Shown here piece after piece: positions 56,601-64,000 of a stretch of DNA of 64,000 nucleotides (the stretch's first letter is position 1; every line of letters begins with the position of its first letter). The position numbers were made by a program, and so were the translations under genes. The notes under the pieces were generated by a model. It was not told the DNA's origin, made no database searches, and worked only from the letters and a program-made list of their open reading frames with translations. Location of the stretch: positions 86,158 through 150,157 of the forward strand of contig CBFGKH010000004.1 of NCBI GenBank assembly GCA_965649295.1. The letters run 5' to 3'. Origin of the DNA: a candidate division WOR-3 bacterium. GTDB lineage: Bacteria > Hydrothermota > Tepidihabitantia > Tepidihabitantales > Tepidihabitantaceae.

Positions 56601-57180
56601 TGATCTTTTCCTGCTCCGGAACCCCCGACCGCATTACTTCGAGATAGAAATTCTCGGGGCCAAGCAACTGCTGGTACTCGGCTGCCACGCGCATCGCCCG
56701 CTCGCTGTCGCCGCGCCGCAAATAGAAGTTGACCTCGCCTTTGAGACAACCGGACAGGGCCAGCAGGCCGTCAGCGTGCTCGGCCAGTAGTCCTTTGTCA
56801 ATCCGAGGCTTGTAATAGAAGCCCTCCAGATGAGCGAGCGTCACCAGTTTCATCAGGTTGTGGTACCCCTTTTCGTTACGGCAAAGCAAGGTCAGGTGGA
56901 AGCTCGCCTCCTGCGTCTCGGCGTCAAGCTTGCGCTCGCGTCGGTCCCCCGGCGCAACATAGACCTCGGCCCCGATAATCGGTTTGATTCCCGCCCGCTG
57001 CGCCTCTTTGTAGAACTTCACCGCGCCGAAAAGAACGCCATGGTCAGTGATTGCCAGAGCCGGCATCCGCAACTGAGCGGCAAGCTTCACCATCTCCTCA
57101 ATCCGCGTCGCGCCGTCCAGCAGCGAGTATTCGGTATGGGTGTGGAGATGAACAAAATCGGCCGGCGACTTCTTGCTCAC
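53686..57180 (-). CDS. dnaE: DNA polymerase III alpha subunit
   Basis: FVHLH.HTEYSLLDG PHP, GPGRGSAAG, PDVDIDF, KMDILGL, FAGYGFNKSHA and OB fold; no intein seen. Confidence 0.98.
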   Translation of the reverse strand: MSKKSPADFVHLHTHTEYSLLDGATRIEEMVKLAAQLRMPALAITDHGVLFGAVKFYKEAQRAGIKPIIGAEVYVAPGDRRERKLDAETQEASFHLTLLCRNEKGYHNLMKLVTLAHLEGFYYKPRIDKGLLAEHADGLLALSGCLKGEVNFYLRRGDSERAMRVAAEYQQLLGPENFYLEVMRSGVPEQEKIIPGIMELSSALDIPMVATNDCHYLRPEDAKAQDVLVCIQTGKRLDEPGRMRMGTSQLYFRSPEEMERIFADIPGAVRHTREVADRCNLLLDFRHIHFHLPSYLPPREFDSANAYLQHLAREGLKRRYSRLTPAIEERLAHELGVIERMGFPGYFLIVKDIVDFARSRGIPVGPGRGSAAGCLVLYCLGITDIDPLRYGLLFERFLTTERVTLPDVDIDFSDTRRQEVIDYIRQRYGDESVAQIITFGTMKARAAVRDVGRVLDVPISDVDRLAKLIPQNLELEPALRTVGELRDAVAAKPEFRELFDIARKLEGLSRHASIHASAVVIAPRKLIELVPLYRTADNDICTQYDMHSLEDVGLLKMDILGLRTLTVVEEATKLINAAGRRFDVATMPLDDARTFGLLQRADTVGVFQLESAGMRDTCRKMMPERLEHIIALIALYRPGPMDLIPSYLARKAGTEPIEYGHPLLEPIARETYGILIYQEQVMQAAQALAGYSLGRADLLRRAMGKKKPEEMAALHDGFVEGCVKHSRMPPEQAEKIFELLAKFAGYGFNKSHAAGYAYLSYITAYLKANYPVEFMAATLTSELGDFKKLAKFVNEARRMGITVLGPDVNRSDVVFAIEEQQIRFGLAGVKNLGQGASEFIVQERKTKGPYRDLLDFLIRTRGMVNRKAAESLIKAGAFDWYEPNRAELVARLEIEMAKAASEKLQFLERQVDLFGTVADTAPTVKARFDTHQLLAYEKEAFGFYFSSHPLEPYRAEYEALGLLPLGQVESMSDGTSVKIGGVISQRRSKRDKREREYVIITVEDFDSSIEVMVFADQLETCRSALKVDNLVAVQGTVRVRAGEGQTGIPQIWAERVMSFAECHRYIKVGLIEVREKDLDEVLLLKIRETLEAHPGPGIVRFRVIKADGTSVEYRIPNQRVEFSNELIAELRQLCGPDSIKLRGELPSCERPSHRRSLAQRNGSR

Positions 57181-57257
57181 GCCTTATCTTGCGAATCGGA
57201 ATCGCCGAGTCAAGCGATAATCCCGGTCGTTCGCCGACGACTAGCGACTAGACCCGG

Positions 57258-57836
57258 CTAGGGCGTGTGCTCGAACTCGAGATGAAGCTTCAGACGCGGC
57301 CCGGTGAACTCAGGCGGAAGCGGCGGAAGTCGGTCCAAAACCAACAGTGCCCTCGTGCAGGATTCGTCGTAAAAACGGTCACCGGACGACTTCTCTAACT
57401 TTACTTCTCTGATACTGCCGTCGCGCTCAATGACGAACCCCACAGTCGCGGTCAGGGTTACGGCTCGCCCCGCGTAGGGATTGAGCCAGTTTTCAGATAT
57501 GCGCGTGAGGATAACGTTCAGGTAGTAGGAGTAGCCGAGCGCCTGCGCACCCTCAATCTTCGCGCCGAGCCCTTGTCGCTTGATAGTCGTGCCAGTTTCA
57601 GTCTTCGGTTTCGGCACCTCAGTCTTGGGACTCGGCGTCTGCGACCTGGGTTTGGGCTCGACCAGTGCCGGACCCTTGACCGGCTCCTTCGGCAGCGGCG
57701 TTCCCGGGCTAATCACCGAGACTGAGAGGACCAGCGGCCGACGGCTGTCGCGAGGAACACGGTCTGCTCCCAACAGGGCCAGCACCGCAATCAATAAAGC
57801 GTGTCCGACGAACGAGACCGCTAGCTCTCGCTTCAT
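57258..57836 (-). CDS. TonB/TolA C-terminal domain protein
   Basis: N-terminal TM with S...H, short Pro/Lys-rich linker, and YY...I..RI..NW and SSG...D...RA TonB_2 motifs. Confidence 0.85.
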   Translation of the reverse strand: MKRELAVSFVGHALLIAVLALLGADRVPRDSRRPLVLSVSVISPGTPLPKEPVKGPALVEPKPRSQTPSPKTEVPKPKTETGTTIKRQGLGAKIEGAQALGYSYYLNVILTRISENWLNPYAGRAVTLTATVGFVIERDGSIREVKLEKSSGDRFYDESCTRALLVLDRLPPLPPEFTGPRLKLHLEFEHTP

Positions 57837-57860
57837 ATTGAAGTGAGGGTGCGGACCAGG

Positions 57861-58265
57861 TTACTTGGGCAAGGCCACAAGGCCGATGTCCGCGATGCCC
57901 TGCTCACGCACATCGCCTAGCACGGCCATGATTGTGCCGTAGTCAACACTCTTGTCTGCCCGGAGATAGACACGGTCGTAGTTACCGCGTGCCAGCTGCT
58001 CGCCGAGCGCCTTGGCAAAGCCAGCAAGACTGACAAGCTTTCGGCCAACGTATATCTCGTTTGGTCCTTTGACGCTGATTTCTAATCCTTGCTGGTCAGC
58101 AAGGCGGGTAGTTGAGGTCCGGGGCAGGTTCAAATCGATGCCCTGATTGCGGCTGAATGCGGTCGAGACCCCGGCAATTAGAAAGATGACCATCAGCGTG
58201 AAACTGACATCGGCTAGCGCCGATACATTCATCTCCGCCAGGAACTTCACCCGTCGTTCCTTCAT
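57861..58265 (-). CDS. ExbD/TolR family protein
   Basis: EMNV..LADV.F.L.VIF and LRADKSV.YG. Confidence 0.92.
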   Translation of the reverse strand: MKERRVKFLAEMNVSALADVSFTLMVIFLIAGVSTAFSRNQGIDLNLPRTSTTRLADQQGLEISVKGPNEIYVGRKLVSLAGFAKALGEQLARGNYDRVYLRADKSVDYGTIMAVLGDVREQGIADIGLVALPK

Positions 58266-58993
58266 AAGTTATCGGTGCGGTTCCCAAGTTGTGAGGCGGC
58301 AATCTCCCGTCGAATGATACCGGTCAGCTCAGTAGCAAATCGCTCCATCTCCGACTGCAGGTTACGAACCCTACCGACAAAGTAGTTGTAGAAGAGGGCC
58401 GCCGGAATCGCCACCAGCAGACCCATCACCGTCGTCACTAGGGCATCGGATATCCCCGGCGCGATTGTCTGTAGGGTCGGCACCTGCGTGCCCCGCAGTG
58501 AGAGAAATGTTACCAGCACACCCTGAACCGTGCCGAGCAGCCCAAGAAAAGGAGCGACCATCGTAGTAATCGAAAGAAAGGCAAGCGACGACTCAAGCCG
58601 GTCCATCTCCAGCGAAGCCGCGCGCTCAGTCGCTTCGCTGATATTAGGAATCAGCGACTGCATCAGCTCCGCCCCGCCCTCAGCTTTACCGATATCCTCG
58701 CGCAACGCCTTCCACTCCTTGACCCCGGCCAGTAACATGCTCGAAAGCGGCGAATGCCGAAGCTCGGTCGCCACCCGTTCGTAGTCACCAAGCCGGGTGC
58801 GGTATCCAAAAACACTGCGAAACCGATTCGTCTCGCGTGCAGCTCGACGCAACTGACCCAGCTTTCGGAACACCACTGCCCAACTCACGATTGACATCAG
58901 CAGTAACAGAATAATGACCGCTTGAGCAAACGGCCCGGCATGAACAAACGGCCCAAAGAAACCACCGCCTGCCGTGACCGGCGTGTCCGGCAT
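58262..58993 (-). CDS. MotA/TolQ/ExbB proton channel
   Basis: APFLGLLGTV.G and APGISDALVTT..GL.VAIPA..FYN. Confidence 0.95.
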   Translation of the reverse strand: MPDTPVTAGGGFFGPFVHAGPFAQAVIILLLLMSIVSWAVVFRKLGQLRRAARETNRFRSVFGYRTRLGDYERVATELRHSPLSSMLLAGVKEWKALREDIGKAEGGAELMQSLIPNISEATERAASLEMDRLESSLAFLSITTMVAPFLGLLGTVQGVLVTFLSLRGTQVPTLQTIAPGISDALVTTVMGLLVAIPAALFYNYFVGRVRNLQSEMERFATELTGIIRREIAASQLGNRTDNL

Positions 58994-58996
58994 TAG

Positions 58997-59758
58997 TTAC
59001 TGCCCCGCTGTCCGCAGCCGATCTCGGGCAAGCTTGGCCTCGGCCGAGTTCGGATAGTCGCGAACAACGCGATTGAACTGCTCCCGCGCCCTCGCTTCGT
59101 CACCTTGTTGCTGATAGACGAGCGCAATCTTATACGCCGCGGCTGAGGCCTTGTTTCCATTCGGGTAGCGGCTAATCACTGTCTGCAGTTCGATCAGCGC
59201 CGTGTCATACTTGCCCTGCGAGTAGTAGCACTCCCCAATCCAGTATTGGGCGTTATCGGCGTTCTCGCTACCCGGAAACTCCTCAATAAAACGTCGGAAA
59301 CCACTGATAGCAACATCATACTTGCCGCGGGTGAAATCAAGGTAGGCAGTGTTGTATAACTGGTCGGCATCGATGACCGGTGCCCCGGCTCGGCGCGAAG
59401 CAGAATCTCTGCCGCGCACTGAATCCGGCGGCGTGATATCACCGTAACCGATTCCGAGTTTGCGACTGAGCCGGTCGATTCGGTCATTCAGGTCCAAGTT
59501 CTGCGCCGATAGTCGTTCCAGCTGACCGGTAATCGCTTCCAGATCGGTCAGAAGGTCGGCCCGAAATCGGCGCAGTTCCTCCTCCTGCCGGGCCAGTGCC
59601 TGTTCTGACCGCATGACGCGCACTGCCAGGCTATCCAGCACCTGCCCGCGCCGAACGTACTCGCGTTGAACCGCGCAACCAGGCAACAGTAAGACCGGCA
59701 GGCCCCAGCCGGCAACCAAAATCAGTTTGGCTGCTTGCTGGAGCCTACCGGCTGTCAT
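58997..59758 (-). CDS. cpoB: Tol-Pal system protein YbgF/CpoB
   Basis: Lipobox LPG-C, coiled coil, and TPR LYN.AY..F..G.Y..A...F..F...P.S..A.NAQYWIGE. Confidence 0.9.
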   Translation of the reverse strand: MTAGRLQQAAKLILVAGWGLPVLLLPGCAVQREYVRRGQVLDSLAVRVMRSEQALARQEEELRRFRADLLTDLEAITGQLERLSAQNLDLNDRIDRLSRKLGIGYGDITPPDSVRGRDSASRRAGAPVIDADQLYNTAYLDFTRGKYDVAISGFRRFIEEFPGSENADNAQYWIGECYYSQGKYDTALIELQTVISRYPNGNKASAAAYKIALVYQQQGDEARAREQFNRVVRDYPNSAEAKLARDRLRTAGQ

Positions 59759-59782
59759 CTGACATCTAGACAGAAAAGAAGC

Positions 59783-60274
59783 TTACTTCGCGACCTTGAA
59801 TTCGGCGCGACGGTTCAGCTCATACCTGGACTCGTCGGTGGTCACCAACCGCTCTTCGCCATAGCTGATCGTGGAAAGCAAGCTAGCATCAACACCAAGC
59901 TTAACGAGATAGGCTTTGGCAGCCTCGGCACGACGCATGCCCAGAGCCATGTTGTACTCGGAGGTGCCGATTGGGTCGCAGTGTCCCTCAATCGTTATTG
60001 CCGGCCGCTGGCCGCTCCGCACTGCCGAGTTGATCTGATCGTAGTTACGCTGAAGAATCTGAGCATCACCAGGCCGGATGTCCGACTTGTCGAAGTCGAA
60101 GTAGATCGTCGCCAGGTTCAGTTCAATGGCAACCGGCTTCTCAACCTTGGTCTCGGGTGGCGGTGGCGGCGGAACCGGCTCAATGGTCGTCACCTTCTTC
60201 TTCGGACACCCGACAACGGTCAGCACGAGCATGGCGCCTAGCAGGACGCTAATTACTCTCGCCGCGTTCTTCAT
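59783..60274 (-). CDS. pal: peptidoglycan-associated lipoprotein
   Basis: Lipobox VVG-C, IYFDFDKS.I, IEGHCD..GT.EYN.ALG.RRA, ISYGEE and NRR. Confidence 0.93.
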   Translation of the reverse strand: MKNAARVISVLLGAMLVLTVVGCPKKKVTTIEPVPPPPPPETKVEKPVAIELNLATIYFDFDKSDIRPGDAQILQRNYDQINSAVRSGQRPAITIEGHCDPIGTSEYNMALGMRRAEAAKAYLVKLGVDASLLSTISYGEERLVTTDESRYELNRRAEFKVAK

Positions 60275-60508
60275 CGGCTTCCTCCTTGAGTGGTTATTGG
60301 GTCTATCATCACTTTTTGAGCCTGTCGTTGCTGCGCCCGTCGGCTAATGCAACCGGCTGCTGTAATGTAACTATGGTAGGGCCGAATGTCAAGACCCACA
60401 GTCACTTTGACGCATCAGAGGCAGAATCGGCTGCACGAATTTGACACTCTGCAAGCGGGGCCTACCATCTATCGGCAAATGGATATCCTGAACCCTGCAG
60501 AATAGCCG

Positions 60509-61213
60509 ATGGCACGCCACTCTCATCCGGCAATGGCCGGTCTTGCTCAGTTCGGCGAGCGACTGAAGTCGCTGCGCGTCGCTGCCGGGTTGTCGCAGAT
60601 GACCCTAGCCGCGCGCATGGGCTTCGAGCCAGCACATGGCTACAAGTACATTCTGCGGCTCGAAAAGGGACTCGTACCCAACCCCACTCTGCGGACAATC
60701 GCTGCGTTCCTTGAAGCCTGCGGTGCAGACTGGGCTAGCGTTGTTGACGTGCTGCCGGCAACGACTGCAAAGAGTCTTCCGACCAAGACAAACCAAAGCT
60801 CGCCCCCAGAACCATCCGAACCGGTGGTGACCCCATCCAGACCGGTTTCCGCACCACCAGAACCGCCACCGGTCGCCCGCCGAGATTCACGCCCAGTTCG
60901 CGAACAACTCCGTCAACGTCGCATCGCCGAATACGAAACTCGTACTCAACGTTACTGGCAGCATGTGGCCAAAGCCGAGGCAGAAGCACTCGCCGAGCTG
61001 CGCAATCGCCATGTCCAGCCTGGTCAGTTCCGTCGCTTCGTTCTCTATCTCCGCAACTGCTGTTCGATTATTGACGCCCACCACGGTCGACCTGACCAGG
61101 CTGGTCACGAGATCGCCCGGCTCCAGCAGGCAGCAACCGAAGCCGGTCTTGATTCTGAACTGCTCGACCTAATCAACCGCATCTGCTACAGGACTCTCGG
61201 TACGGACAGCTGA
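60509..61213 (+). CDS. XRE-family HTH protein with Pro-rich linker and helical C-terminal domain
   Basis: FGERLKSLR..AGLSQ..LA.RMG.....YI.RLEKG.VPNPTL.TI..FL.ACG. Confidence 0.85.
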   Translation: MARHSHPAMAGLAQFGERLKSLRVAAGLSQMTLAARMGFEPAHGYKYILRLEKGLVPNPTLRTIAAFLEACGADWASVVDVLPATTAKSLPTKTNQSSPPEPSEPVVTPSRPVSAPPEPPPVARRDSRPVREQLRQRRIAEYETRTQRYWQHVAKAEAEALAELRNRHVQPGQFRRFVLYLRNCCSIIDAHHGRPDQAGHEIARLQQAATEAGLDSELLDLINRICYRTLGTDS

Positions 61214-63552
61214 TGTCCGGCCGCTACCTTAGCTTCTTTCTGCTGTATGTAGCCGTAGCCTCTGCTTCTCCGGCCGTCCATTATCGAATTCAGGCGCGAC
61301 TGGATTCTCACCGACTGACAGGAACAGCCACAATCACGATTCGCAACCCTCTGCCCGAAACACTACGCGATGCTACTATCCTGCTCTGGCCGAACGCAGT
61401 AAAACAGAAGAACAGCGCCTACGCAATCGAAAGAGCCAACTCCGGCAAGTTTGACCTTGCGCTTGCTCCGGCTTGTGCTCATGGCGGGTATCAGGCAATC
61501 TGGAACCCTGCGAACTCAAGTCAGTATCCAGCCGATTCCACGACCATCCGGGTTCGGCTGTCGCTCGCTCCCGGTGACTCAGTAGCGCTACAATTTGCCT
61601 ACTCACTGACGCTGGGTGAACCATTCGCAGAATGGGGACAGAAAGGGCAAAAGACATTGCTCGTGCACTGGTATCCACAGGTGGCTCTCCTTGCCGACAC
61701 GTCGGCACCCAATTACCATCTGTTCGGCCATGCGCCAGCTGAGCTGGCTGACTTTGAAGTCGAACTCACTCTTCCTGACAGCCTCACTATCGCTAGCAAC
61801 GCCACCGCAACCACCCTGGCCGGTCCGGGCCGCACCTGGCATCTAACTGCCCAGGCTATCAGCGACCTTGTCGTCGTTGCCAGCCCAGACCTACGAATCA
61901 GCTCTGACTCCACAAGCATTCGGCTGGTTACTGTCGCGAGTCGGCGCCGGGCGCCAGCCGAATGGAAAGACCTCGGCCCCCGCATTGCGGCAATGATTCG
62001 CCTCTTTACGCACTGGTATGGCCCGCCACCATTCTCGCGGCTCACGATTGTTCAAGCCGATGGCCTTGTGCCTAACGATGCATCCTATCCTGGACTTATC
62101 CTCGTGACAACGCGGCCCATACCTGGCACCCGCTACTTTGAGTCCACCGTTGCCCGGCTTGTCGCCGCTCAGTGGTTCAGTTATCCGCGTTCAGTTGACG
62201 AACTAGCGCAGCCGGCAACTGCACTTGGGCCGGCAACCTACGCCGAGATACGCTATATGCAGCTCCACTATGGCAACACCAACCTCATTACCCAGCCTTT
62301 CTTCAAGTGGCTGCTCCGCGGGCTCTCGGCCGAGTACTACCACCGTTTCTACCGTCACGTCGCCGCCTCCAACCGTCTGCTCAGACCTGCCGATACACCG
62401 GTGACAGCCTTCCGCGACCGATTCGAGTTCGATGCTGCCAACGTCTCGGCTGCTGGTTTGCGGGTTCTCGACTCCGCCCGTGCTGCTAGCTGCTCCCTTG
62501 TTACCACCCCTAGGCGCCGGCCGCCGTGGATAGTTCCGCTTTTCGCCCTGCCCGAATTCGACCACTATCAGTTCTTCTTCGGCCCCTACTTTTGGTACGA
62601 CTCCTACCACGGATTCCAGCTTACCGGTTGGGTCCAAGGCCGTCGTTTCATTGATGCTGGACCGTTGCGCGGCTCCCACAACTGGACACTCACCGAGGCC
62701 TATTTTACCGAACTCGACGACTGGCACTCCAGTTTCTGGTACCAAACTCCGCTCTCGTTTCTGAATCCTCGCCTCCGTGTCATCGTGCGCGCTGACTACT
62801 CCGAGATAACCGCCGAGGCTCGGGCAGGACTGCAGCAGGAACTTGGTCGCGTATTTGGTAAGCCCAATTCTCTGGCTGAGATTCATTACCGGCTCAGTGC
62901 TATCCGTGACGTGCGCCTGCGCGACAGCCGCGCTTGGGAGAGTGCCCGCACTGCTGACATCCGCGCCCAGTTCACTCACAACCACGAATCAGCCCACTGG
63001 CTTGGTCGCGAACGCCTCTTCGTTGCCTGGGGCTCAACGCGACTCGGTGGTCAGTTTGACTACTTGAAGGTCTGGTTCGAACAGGGCCACACCTTCCGAA
63101 TGACCCGTACCAGCGCGATCCGCCTTCACGTCTTTGCCGGCACAATACTTGGCTCGGTCCCGCGTCACGACCGCTACTACCTCTCCGGCGGCTTGGGCTC
63201 CAACCCCGATGAACCGATAAGCTGGGGATATCAGGGCTGGACATCGGGCCAGGAAAACTGGCACTACGAAGCTGACTGCAACGTCCGGGGCTATGCCGGT
63301 CAATACCGGCACGCTAACCACGGCTGGGGTATCAATCTCTATCTGCAGCCCATCAAGCAGTTCCAACCATTTTTTGATATTGGAGCAGTTGCCGACTCTT
63401 TCTCCGGCCTTGCCTCCCCGAGGATGGACGCTGGCGTCAGGCTCAGACTCGGTCCGCTCTACGCCGACTTCCCATTCTGGATTAGCCATCCCGAACCGAA
63501 CCGACAGGCATTCGCCTTTCGCTGGATGCTTGGCCTCCGTCTGACAGACTAG
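61213..63552 (+). CDS. M1-aminopeptidase-like protein (zinc motif lost) fused to C-terminal outer-membrane beta-barrel
   Basis: Signal peptide, HY.IQA.LD, LWPNA, HWYPQ and ADFEV.LTLP. VARLVAAQWF replaces HExxH. C-terminal RGY, FFD.G and DAGV.LRLG..Y.DFP barrel motifs. Confidence 0.75.
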   Translation: MSGRYLSFFLLYVAVASASPAVHYRIQARLDSHRLTGTATITIRNPLPETLRDATILLWPNAVKQKNSAYAIERANSGKFDLALAPACAHGGYQAIWNPANSSQYPADSTTIRVRLSLAPGDSVALQFAYSLTLGEPFAEWGQKGQKTLLVHWYPQVALLADTSAPNYHLFGHAPAELADFEVELTLPDSLTIASNATATTLAGPGRTWHLTAQAISDLVVVASPDLRISSDSTSIRLVTVASRRRAPAEWKDLGPRIAAMIRLFTHWYGPPPFSRLTIVQADGLVPNDASYPGLILVTTRPIPGTRYFESTVARLVAAQWFSYPRSVDELAQPATALGPATYAEIRYMQLHYGNTNLITQPFFKWLLRGLSAEYYHRFYRHVAASNRLLRPADTPVTAFRDRFEFDAANVSAAGLRVLDSARAASCSLVTTPRRRPPWIVPLFALPEFDHYQFFFGPYFWYDSYHGFQLTGWVQGRRFIDAGPLRGSHNWTLTEAYFTELDDWHSSFWYQTPLSFLNPRLRVIVRADYSEITAEARAGLQQELGRVFGKPNSLAEIHYRLSAIRDVRLRDSRAWESARTADIRAQFTHNHESAHWLGRERLFVAWGSTRLGGQFDYLKVWFEQGHTFRMTRTSAIRLHVFAGTILGSVPRHDRYYLSGGLGSNPDEPISWGYQGWTSGQENWHYEADCNVRGYAGQYRHANHGWGINLYLQPIKQFQPFFDIGAVADSFSGLASPRMDAGVRLRLGPLYADFPFWISHPEPNRQAFAFRWMLGLRLTD

Positions 63553-63618
63553 ACATTAATCTCGAACCTGCTAGAATTTATCGCTGAAGACCGAGTATCA
63601 ATGCCTGAAGGAGGGCAC

Positions 63619-63972
63619 TTGAAACGAATAATGCTGGTGACGATGGTCGCCCTGGTAACGCTCGCTCTCACCTGCGGCACCGAAGGCACTACCATTACGC
63701 TCGTCAACAACGCGATGGATCCATTTCACCCCAACGGTGGTTCCAGGCTCGAACCAGGCAGCTCACGTGTCATTACAACACTGAAGCACGGATCTATGAC
63801 AACCATCACCTTGGAACGAATGGGTGCGGTTCGTGCCACCCTGACAATCACCTCACACTACGATGCCCAAGAACCCGACCCTCACGACGCGACTATTACT
63901 GTTACGGAAGGTCCCTATTGGCAGTTTCACGCCTCAAGTAACAACTCCCGGATTGAAGTGAGAGTCGACTAG
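63619..63972 (+). CDS. small hypothetical lipoprotein
   Basis: GGAGG RBS before TTG 63619; lipobox-like ALT-C. Confidence 0.65.
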   Translation: MKRIMLVTMVALVTLALTCGTEGTTITLVNNAMDPFHPNGGSRLEPGSSRVITTLKHGSMTTITLERMGAVRATLTITSHYDAQEPDPHDATITVTEGPYWQFHASSNNSRIEVRVD

Positions 63973-64000
63973 CGATTCTCTACTCGTTGCAAGAAGCGGG

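Noticed and set aside
53686..57180. Intein in dnaE (also checked nrdD)
   Set aside because: Lengths and motifs are contiguous, with no splicing signatures.
60290..60365. GCCGACGGGC in pal leader as guanidine-II riboswitch
   Set aside because: No pair of ACGR-loop hairpins and the gene context does not fit.

Overview
Gene-dense, moderately GC-rich chromosomal segment from an anaerobic diderm bacterium. The Lpt/Lol/Tol-Pal genes, PorV-type barrel, T9SS-like C-terminal-domain cargoes and class III RNR suggest an FCB-related lineage, probably candidate division WOR-3 (inference). It holds the 5' half of tmRNA and about 50 mostly housekeeping CDSs, including dnaN, lptE/F/G, rlmD, polX, rne/rng, nrdR-nrdD, thiL, yggS, hppA, rfbC/B, ribBA-ribH-nusB, nadA, scpA, amrS, rimO, lolA, lemA-htpX, dnaE and pal-cpoB-tolQRA. 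I found no transposase, phage gene or CRISPR array. The most unusual signal is non-coding: a family of intergenic elements at about 12.3-12.7 kb, 51.4-51.8 kb and, inverted and more divergent, 36.0-36.3 kb. Each has about 20 indel-free 12-bp units in which only 3-4 nt are conserved. Two copies end in a gap-free shared anchor with the palindrome TGTATACTT-N2-AAGTACACA. Other notable points are widespread leaderless promoters with 16-bp spacers, tandem DnaA and NrdR boxes before nrdR-nrdD, a PorV-CRD-OmpA fusion next to its likely cargo, and two apparent pseudo-enzymes.
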